Assembly: GCA_002269645.1 (NCBI GenBank)
Contig: NIVC01002081.1
Coordinates: 1-64,000 of the forward strand
DNA: 64,000 bases
Reading direction: 5' to 3'
Source of the DNA: Macrostomum lignano
Taxonomy: Eukaryota
This document shows, one piece after another, positions 55,125 to 64,000 of this stretch (position 1 is its first letter; the number at the start of each line of letters is the position of its first letter). The position numbers were made by a program, and so were the translations under genes. The notes under the pieces are model-generated. The model was given only the letters and a program-made list of their open reading frames with translations. It was not told the origin of the DNA and did not search any database.

Positions 55125-56567
55125 GTGACAGGCTAAGAATGATAGGCTTAGAGTGGCAGGCTTACGTGACAGGCTAAGAGTGAAAGGTTTAGAGTGACAG
55201 GCCTAGAGTGACAGGTTTAGAGTGACAGGTTTAGAGTGACAGGTTTAGAGTGACAGGTTTAGAGTGACAGGTTTAGAGTGACAGGTTTAGAGTGACAGGT
55301 TTAGAGTGACAGGTTTAGAGTGACAGGTTTAGAGTGAAAGGTTTAGAGTCATATAGAGTGACAGGTTTAGAGTGACAGGTTTAGAGTCATATAGAGTGAC
55401 AGGTTTAGAGTGACAGGTTTAGAGTCATATAGAGTGACAGGTTTAGAGTGACAGGTTTAGAGTCATATAGAGTGACAGGTTTAGAGTGACAGGTTTAGAG
55501 TGACAGGTTTAGAGTGACAGGTTTAGAGTGACAGGTTTAGAGTGACAGGTTTAGAGTGACAGGTTTAGAGTGACAGGTTTAGAGTGACAGGTTTAGAGTG
55601 ACAGGTTTAGAGTGACAGGTTTAGAGTGACAGGTTTAGAGTGACAGGTTTAGAGTGACAGGTTTAGAGTGACAGGTTTAGAGTGAAAGGTTTAGAGTCAT
55701 ATAGAGTGACAGGTTTAGAGTGACAGGTTTAGAGTCATATAGAGTGACAGGTTTAGAGTGACAGGTTTAGAGTCATATAGAGTGACAGGTTTAGAGTGAC
55801 AGGTTTAGAGTGACAGGTTTAGAGTGACAGGTTTAGAGTGACAGGTTTAGAGTGACAGGTTTAGAGTGACAGGTTTAGAGTGACAGGTTTAGAGTGACAG
55901 GTTTAGAGTGACAGGTTTAGAGTGACAGGTTTAGAGTGACAGGTTTAGAGTGACAGGTTTAGAGTGACAGGTTTAGAGTGACAGGTTTAGAGTCATAAAG
56001 TGACAGGCTTAGAGTGACAGGTTTAGAGTCATAAAGTGACAGGCTTAGAGTGACATGCTTAGAGTCATAGAATGATAGGCCAAGTGTCATAAATCTAGGC
56101 ATAGATTCACTCTATGAATCATTTCATACAGTGACAGAGTGAGAATCATAGAGTGACAGAGTGGGAATCGTATAAAGTGACAAAGTGAGAATCATAGGGT
56201 GACAGAGTGATAATCATTTCATAGAGTGACAGAGTGAGAATCATAGAGTGACAGTGGGAATCGTATAAAGTGACAGAGTGAGAATCATAGAGTGACAGAG
56301 TGATAATCATAGAGTGACAGAGTGATAATCATTTCATAAAGTAACAGAGTGAGAATCATAGAGTGACAGAGTGATAATCATTTCATAAAGTAACAGAGTG
56401 AGAATCATAGAGTGACAGAGTGATAATCATTTCATAAAGTGACAGAGTGAGAATCATAGAGTGACAGAGTGATAATCATAGTGACAGAGTGAGAATCATA
56501 GAGTGACAGAGTGATAATCATTTCATAGAGTGACAGAGTGATAATCATTTCATAGAGTGACAGAGTG
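55125..56567. repeat. Intronic 14-bp satellite AGAGTGACAGGTTT grading into AGAGTGAGAATCAT/AGAGTGATAATCAT
   Basis: Fills almost the entire intron 55097-56619. Confidence 0.95.
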
Positions 56568-56619
56568 ACCAAATAAAAGCAAATAAATATGTTTATTATT
56601 GTTCCTCCCAAAACCGCAG

Positions 56620-56683
56620 GAGCCAAAATCTGAACGGACCAGCAACGGCATTCACTACCTGCTGTACCTGATGTACGCTAGCG
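56620..56683 (+). CDS. coe: COE/EBF next exon
   Basis: EPKSERTSNGIHYLLYLMYASG corresponds to EBF E..SEKTNNGIHYRLQLLYSNG; CCGCAG acceptor, GTGAGT donor, phase 0/1. The following exon (.RTEQD.YVRLID) was not found in the window. Confidence 0.92.
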
Positions 56684-57439
56684 GTGAGTTTATGACCTTT
56701 ATTGACCTTATTTTCTAAGAAATTCGTTTTACATAGACAAAAGCCGAAAGTTGAAAAGCACAGGAAACGACTACAGGTGGATGGATGACGCAATGCGCAA
56801 AATCATTGATAAGATATTTACAGACAGCGACTTCTAAAACTTGTCAAAAACCAACTGCTGGCGTATTTCTACCGCGCTTCTATACCATACCATCCAGCTT
56901 CTCAACTTCATCTAAAAACAATCGCTCTATGCGTGGCCTTCTGTCGCCTGCCGTCTGACGTATACGGCAAAGGCGTTGTATTTATTGACAGCGATGAAGC
57001 GGGAGTCTGGACGGCTCAAATTAGCATTCAATCGTCCATATATAGAGACCTTTAGCACCTTCACCTCGCCTTTTATTTCACGCAATGTCAAATATTTGAG
57101 CTCGGCGTCAGCACGTGACCAGCTTTCGCCTCAAAGAGAGCGCTATCCTCATCATTTCCCGTCAGTCGTCATCTCTCATGCAGTCTCTATCTATCTCTGT
57201 CTGTGGCCAGCTTGTAAATGCCTTAATGCATAATGCATGCAAACAGTTATGGCCATTTATATAATATGACTAGTGCAGAGATTTTTGACGCTTTCAGTTG
57301 GCGAAATCAAATTAAAATTGATGCTCAAAACTTGGCGGCGCTGTTATTGATATTATGGGAAGAAAGATGAAATTGAAAAATTTATTGAGGTTTTTAGCAG
57401 CGGTGGAATTAAGGAGTTAACGGCTTGAGAGTTGTAGCG

Positions 57440-58087
57440 GATAGAGAAGTAGGCAGGGGGAGAGTAAACAGGGGGAGAGTATAGACAGGGGAGAGAAGTA
57501 GACATAGTGAGAAGTAGACAGGGAAGAGAGTAGACATGGAGAGAGTAGACAGGGGGAGCGTAGACGGGGGTGAGCGAGAAGTAGGCAGCGGAGAGAGAGG
57601 TAGACAGGGGTCAAAGGGAGAAGTAGACAGAGGGGGTAGAGAGAAAAAACAGGGGAGAGAGTAGACGGGGGAGATAGAGAAGTAGACAGGGAAGAGAGTA
57701 GACATGGAGAGAGTAGACAGGGAAGAGAGTAGACATGGAGAGAGTAGACAGGGAAGAGAGTAGACATGGAGAGAGTAGACAGGGGGAGCGTAGACGGGGG
57801 TGAGCGAGAAGTAGGCAGCGGAGAGAGAGGTAGACAGGGGTCAAAGGGAGAAGTAGACAGAGGGGGTAGAGAGAAAAAACAGGGGAGAGAGTAGACGGGG
57901 GAGATAGAGAAGTAGACAGGGGGTTGAGAAGTAGACAGGGGGTTGAGAAGTAGACAGGGAGAGCGAGAAGTAGCTCGTAGGCAGCGGAGAGAGAGGTAGA
58001 CAGGGGACAAAGTGAGAAGTAGACAGAGGGGAGAGAGAGAAATAGACAGGGGGGAGAGTAGACAGAGGAGATAGAGAAGTAGACAGC
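57440..58087. repeat. Purine-rich compound minisatellite (GAGAAGTAGACAGGGG-type units with a higher-order duplication)
   Basis: Repeated AGTAGACAGGG cores; a block from ~57540 is repeated at ~57780. Confidence 0.9.
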
Positions 58088-58089
58088 TT

Positions 58090-59360
58090 CAGGTAGCAAT
58101 TTTCCCACAGCAGCTCTGTGTGCTTTAGAAGATTGGCAAACAAAAACAAAAACTCCAGGCCAATTGTCTCAAATTTGAAGAGGCTCTCACAGTTATATTT
58201 ATCATGGATGTTGATCAGTTTTCTCCATAGCCATGATGGAGAGTGAAGGAGTTCCTGCTGGTACTTGTAATTATTATTAATACTCGTAAGGATGCTGGGC
58301 AATTCGTGTGTAACACGCTTCATCCTTGAAAGAATGTCCCAAACATGGGTGGCTCTGCCCTCAAGCGATTCTCGAGCCCGTATGCATGATCTTTGTATAG
58401 AGTTTTTTTTTGCATTCATTGCTTCATCATATGCAGGGGTATAGATAAATCACGGGGTACTTGTAATACCATTGCACTGTGCCCGGATTCATCAAATATT
58501 TACGAGTTGATCCTGTAGTTATGGTTGGCACTTGTACAGAGTGAGTGGTTTCAAAGCAGAAGTTGTATACACCTGTACTCAAAAGCAACATGTTGACAAC
58601 TCAGTTGGGCCCGCCTAAACCCGCATAAATGATGTGTTGCTCGGGACTTTATTTAGAATGGAGAATTGAGCTCAAGTGTCTTGAGTAATGTTGCATAGGG
58701 ACTGCGGATTATAAAGTAATTCTATTTATCTATTCGAAAGGTTCTGCAACACCCAAGATGGCGCCGACTATCTGTTGCTATGCCAGATGTGCAGAGTGGT
58801 CTGTCTTGGTTCCCCACACACACAAGCTTGGGAATCTTCTAAAGGACTTGTTCTAAATTATAATAAATCCAAACCAAACCAAAATAAGTCCAGGCCTTCA
58901 ATCTGGTCCAGTTGCATAAATAGACTGTCAATTTCGAATCCTAGTAGAAATGGTTTGATTTTGTAATTAATAAGGTCCAAGCCCTCAAGGTAAATTGGAA
59001 CTTCTTTATACGCTCCTGTACTATAGAGATCCATTGTCTTTTACGGTAGTAGATTTAGACAATAGCTAGCTTAGACAAACATGTCAGATTTCGCTGACGT
59101 GTCACTTCCGGTTAGCGAGAGAGCTTGTAAAAAGGTTATAAGATTATACGATGGTGAAATTGAGTCAGTGATCCAGATTCTCCAGGGACTGAGCATGCAA
59201 CTAAACTGGCTGTATACTTGTAGTTCGCTTCTTGCGCAAACTGTATCGCCACTTTGTCATTTTCATTTCGTCTTTCACAAACTTGAAGAAGAAGCAGAAA
59301 AAGCAGGAGAAGATTTATCCATCTAATATTTATATTGCCGCGGCCTCGAGGGAGCTCAAA
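58090..59360 (-). pseudogene. Decayed ORF with signal-peptide-like start, Cys-containing middle and hydrophobic C-terminal segment (env/glycoprotein-like)
   Basis: RWINLLLLFLLLLQVC; MDLYSTGAYKEVPIYLEGLDLINYKIKPFLLGFEIDSLF; KLVCVGNQDRPLCTSG; LCGFRRAQLSCQHVAFEYRC; ...HVWDILSRMKRVTHELPSIL...IGLEFLFLFANLL. Multiple stops and frameshifts; the family identity is inferred only from architecture. Confidence 0.4.
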
Positions 59361-60399
59361 CACTGCAGTGAAGCTGAGTTAAAGAGAAGGCGCCGAGAGC
59401 TAAATTAGCTTGAGTAGAGATACAACCCAACTGGGATTTCTTCCCAAAGCTAAGATAGCTGGTATAGAACAGAGAAAGATACGAAATAAAGAAGCGGTCC
59501 CGTTGTTCGGGGATTAAAATTTTCATTTTTAATAAGTTCGTGCGGAGATCCTGGCCGCCTCGTCATCAGCGAAAAGTCACGAGGGTTGGTGCCTCTTGTT
59601 TATCTGTGTCATAAAGCTTTTGGTTCGATGATGAATAATAATAATAACAATAATAATAATATAGGAGGATTTCACCGCTGCAGAGCGCAGATGAGGCTGC
59701 GAGGCTGTGACCGAGACCGAAAAACCCAATCCAATTCCCCTGGCGACTGCAAAAGCGGATGGTTGAGAGCTTCATCTGCAGGTTCTCTCTCAGCCTCCCT
59801 CCCATCTCCCCTCTCCCTTCGACTCTGAATAATTGATTTCATTCCCCATATCTGTCCCGTTTGTTGCTTTTTGAAGCAAAGCAGAAAGAGAAAAAGAAAG
59901 AGATGGAGATGGAGAGAGAGAGTTGGATGGGTGAGCAGTGAATCAGGCTTGACTTCAGAGCGGTCCGCGCGATGGTCACGGGGCGCTGACTGCTGATTGG
60001 GAAGTCAGGGGGGGGGAACTTTCAACAAGAATTGAAGAGGGGGAGGAGGGGGGACCAGCGGCGATGGCCGGCCGCTGCGCCTGAGGAGCTGAAGCATTCT
60101 GTGCTGGCTTGGAGAAAAATAAATGAAAACTGGAAAGATCTCCCTGCCTCTTCTTCGGCTGGAACGAAAATTTCCCAAGAGAGACGGAAATGGAAAAGAG
60201 GAAAATTTAAGGGTGAAAAAAGGCAAAAGCAAAAGTTAAAGTTAAAATAAAATTGTGCGAGGGCGGGTATAAACGAAGGATATTTCAGGTTCGAAGGGTT
60301 TTTTCAGAGTTGGTTTTAACAGCGGTTGTAAAATCTTCTTTAAATAACTCATGGACTCTCACACCATGACTCTCAGACTTTTCCACGGACTGTGTCACA

Positions 60400-61256
60400 G
60401 ACTCTCGCGAAGACTATTCCATAGAATCTCCCCGTAGAATCACACAAAGAATTTCACACAGACTCTCATAAAGACTCTCACAAAGAATCTCACACAGACT
60501 ACTTTCACAAAGAATCTAAAAGAATCCCACACAGATTTTCACACAGGATCTCATAAAGACTCTCACACAGTATCTCATACAGACTCTCACACAGACTCTC
60601 ATAAAGACTCTCACACAAGATCTCATAGAGACTCTCACAAAGAATCTCACACAGACTCTCATAAAGACTCTCACACAGGATCTCATAAAGTCTCTCACAA
60701 AGAATCTCACACAGACTCTCATAAAGACTCTCACACAGGATCTCATAAAGTCTCTCACAAAGAATCTCACACAGACTACTTTCACAAAGAATCTAAAAGA
60801 ATCCCACACAGATTTTCACACAGGATCTCATACAGACTCTCATACAGACTCTCACACAGACTCTCATAAAGACTCTCACACAAGATATCTCACACAGACT
60901 CTCATAAAGACTCTCACACAGGATCTCATAAAGACTCGCACAAAGAATCTCACACAGACTCTCATAAAGACTCTTACACAGGATCTCATAAAGACTCGCA
61001 TAAAGAATCTCACACAGACTCTCATAAAGACTTCCACAAAGAATCTAAAAGAATCCCACACAGATTTTCACACAGACTCTCACACAGACTCTCATAAAAG
61101 ATTCTCTAGATTCTAAAAAAGAATCTCAAAGAATCTCACACAGAATCTCACACAGACTCTCACAGAGACTTTCACACAGACTCTCACACAGACTCTCATA
61201 AAGACTCTCACACAGGATCTCACAGACTCTCACGCAGAATCTCACACAGACTCTCA
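60400..61256. repeat. Degenerate 12-bp minisatellite CACAGACTCTCA/TAAAGACTCTCA
   Basis: About 70 variant units with higher-order blocks. Confidence 0.92.
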
Positions 61257-61999
61257 TGATACTTTCTCCCATTGTTTTATCCTACTCGCTCATTTATATA
61301 TATCCCATCTTTGTTCCATTAATTAGTTGACAAGTCTTTGTTGAAAGCGGCAAAACGGGGGGGGGTGGGTCACCTCTGCCGCCCAAACGTTTTTCATCAT
61401 TAAATTTTTGTCAAATTTTGACTATATAAAATAGCAAGAGATGATTTTGTTGTCAAGGCTGGGACAGAGTATAATAGTTTTCGGCATATGGGGGGTCAAT
61501 TATCAGTGTATTATAATTTGCATTGAGCTGAGCAACAAGGCGCAACTGTCTCTGCGCCAGCAGCACACACTCGACGGGCGGACTAAAGAGAGTAATTAGC
61601 ACCCAATTGAGTTTGGTTTCGGGCTCAAAATTTTCTCAACCTCTCTCGGTAGGAAACCAAACACCAGGCCGTGCCCGCCGCTATGAGGCGCGCGCCAATT
61701 AGGAGCCAATTCAATTATTTAAATATCCGAATTAGACTTTTAATTGCGCAAGAAATTCGGTAAGAAAGAAGAGATAGATCGGCGAGGGCGGGACAGAGAG
61801 AGCGAAGGTGCTGGCAAATTCAATTTATGTGTAAATATAGAAGTTAAGTGGCCTAATAATGTGCTATTTGACCCCGCCGGTGCCACGTCACCTGGCAGGC
61901 AGTAGCAGGAACACAACACCTCATCGATTGAGAGCCAACTCATATTCTGCCTCATGCCGAAAAGGTCTTTGTGGTTGCATATTCGTTTCTTTACCCAAC

Positions 62000-62706
62000 T
62001 CAGTCTCTTATCTCCCTCAGTCTCTTATCTCCATCAGTCTCTTATCTCCCCAGTCTCTTATCTCCCTCAGTCTTTTATCTCCCTCAGTCTCTTATCTCCC
62101 TCAATCTCTTATCTCCATCAGTCTCTTATCTCCATCAGTCTCTTATCTCCCTCAGTCTCTTATCTCCCTCAATCTCTTATCTCCTTCAGTCTCTTATCTC
62201 CCTCAGTCTCTTATCTCCCTCAGTCTCTTATCTCCCTCAGTCTCTTATCTCCCTCAGTCTCTTATCTCCCTCAGTCTCTTATCTCTCTCAGTCTCTTATC
62301 TCCCTCAGTCTCTTATCTCTCTCAGTCTCTATCTCCCTCAGTCTCTTATCTCCTTTAGTCTCTTATCTTCCTCAGTCTCTTATCTCCCTCAGTCTCTTAT
62401 CTCCTTCAGTCTCTTATCTCCCTCAGTCTCTTATCTCTCTCAGTCTCTTATCTCCCTCAGTCTCTTATCTCCTTCAGTCTCTTATCTCCCTCAGTCTCTT
62501 ATCTCCCTCAGTCTCTTATCTCCCTCAGTCTCTTATCTCCCTCAGTCTCTTATCTCTCTCAGTCTCTTATCTCCCTCAGTCTCTTATCTCTCTCAGTCTC
62601 TATCTCCCTCAGTCTCTTATCTCCTTTAGTCTCTTATCTTCCTCAGTCTCTTATCTTCCTCAGTCTCTTATCTCCCTCAGTCTCTTATCTCCTTCAGTCT
62701 CTTATC
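62000..62706. repeat. Pyrimidine-rich minisatellite, 18-bp unit CTCAGTCTCTTATCTCCC
   Basis: About 39 copies; the long SLSLLSP ORFs are repeat artefacts. Confidence 0.95.
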
Positions 62707-63369
62707 TCATTTCTCACTCAACAGTCACTATCATCTCTGTTTTACTCTTTGCAGATTCAATTCAATTTCGCATATTCCTGCCTACTACCAGCCCAGACTA
62801 ACGTGGCTATAGAAAATGAAATTAATAAACTGTGTAAAATTTTCAGCATGCGGGTTCGGTATTAATAAAAAAACGCCACAATTAAAAGGCGTGTTAACTC
62901 TCACGTATTGGTTTAAGCATTCGCCGCCACCGTAAAACAACGCTTCAGCCTCATCTGAAGTTGTATATTCTATAGATGAATATAATATTGCATATCTCTG
63001 GGTTGGATAGATTTGCCAGATCTGTTTCAATATCCCACTGTGTGCGGTTTAATCTGCCTAATGGAGTGGCTGGATTGCATTTATCACACTGCGAGTTTGC
63101 CGGGTTTAGTCAGACAGGTTGGAGCTGGGAAGTGTTTTATATAATGTGTGTGTATAGGGTTCAGCTCCTGATTACACAACCTGTGTGCAGCCGCCCCTCG
63201 ACCTGCCCACAAGTGCCTCCTTGTCGTCTTGAATTGAAACGCAGGAGAAAAAAATTGATTAACCGTTTCGGCTCTCGATGCAGAATTGAATTTATTGCGT
63301 GACGCCTGTCTGTAATGTGTGTGGCAAGTGTGTGTTTTGTGTGTGTTTTTGTGTTTTATGTGCGTTTTT

Positions 63370-63897
63370 GTGCGTGAGTGTTATGTGCGATAGTGTTTTG
63401 TGTGATAGTGTTATGTGGGAGTGTTATGTGCAATAGTGTTATCCAGTGTTATGTGTGATAGTGATATGCTTGAGTGTTATGTGTGATAGTGTTATGTGCG
63501 AGTGTTATGTGCAATAGTGTTATGTGCGATAGTGTTATGTGTGATAGTGTTATGCTTGAGTGTTATGTGTGATAGTGTTATGCTTGAGTGTTATGTGTGA
63601 TAGTGTTATGTGCGAGTGTTATGCGCAATAGTGTTATGTGTGATAGTGTTATGCTTGAGTGTTATGTGTGATAGTGTTATGTGCGATAGTGTTATGTGTG
63701 ATAGTGTTATGTGTGATGGTGTTATGTGTGATAGTGTTATGTGTGATAGTGTTATGTGCGATAGTGTTATGCTTGAGTGTTATGTGCAATAGTGTTATGT
63801 GTGATAGTGTTATGTGCGAGTGTTATGTGTGATGGTGTTATGTGTGATAGTGTTATGCTTGAGTGTTATGTGTGATAGTGTTATGTGCGAGTGTTAT
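63370..63897. repeat. Minisatellite, 15-bp unit ATAGTGTTATGTGTG with variants
   Basis: About 35 copies. Confidence 0.92.
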
Positions 63898-64000
63898 GCA
63901 TGTTTGTTGTGTGCGTCAGTCTTGCTTCACTGACGATGGCAATTGTTTTACTCAACTCTTTACTTAACTTTGGATTTGAGATTTGAATATGATATTGCCT

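Noticed and set aside
61859-62801. Ser/Leu-rich ORFs and a possible COE exon after the acceptor at ~62754
   Set aside because: The ORFs are 18-bp repeat translations; the downstream peptide DSIQFRIFLPTTSPD* does not resemble the next COE exon.

Overview
Eukaryotic, intron-rich animal DNA. The polyQ-rich coding style, repeat landscape and gene content suggest a free-living flatworm such as Macrostomum (inference, not verified). Four host genes are recognisable: (1) an intronless USF-like bHLH-ZIP gene (+, 10445-11401); (2) a 12-exon cut/CUX gene (-, 22518-15724, ~1024 aa, three CUT repeats plus homeodomain) whose third CUT repeat has lost its DNA-recognition residues; (3) a 4-exon SRSF10-like SR protein gene (+, 32446-39670) whose second intron is a U12-type AT-AC intron; (4) two exons of a COE/EBF (collier) gene (+, 54926-56683), with the remaining exons not found in the window. 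Between them lie a near full-length, TSD-flanked LOA-type non-LTR retrotransposon (2040-7937) whose ORF1 and ORF2 are separated by one in-frame UGA followed by a stem-loop, RTE and Gypsy relics, a decayed env-like ORF, several MITEs with 8-bp TSDs, foldback elements built from 14-15-bp arrays, a tail-to-tail inverted duplication of an unknown coding-like segment, CpG-free tracts, and about a dozen minisatellite arrays. All assignments come from reading the sequence; no database searches were run.
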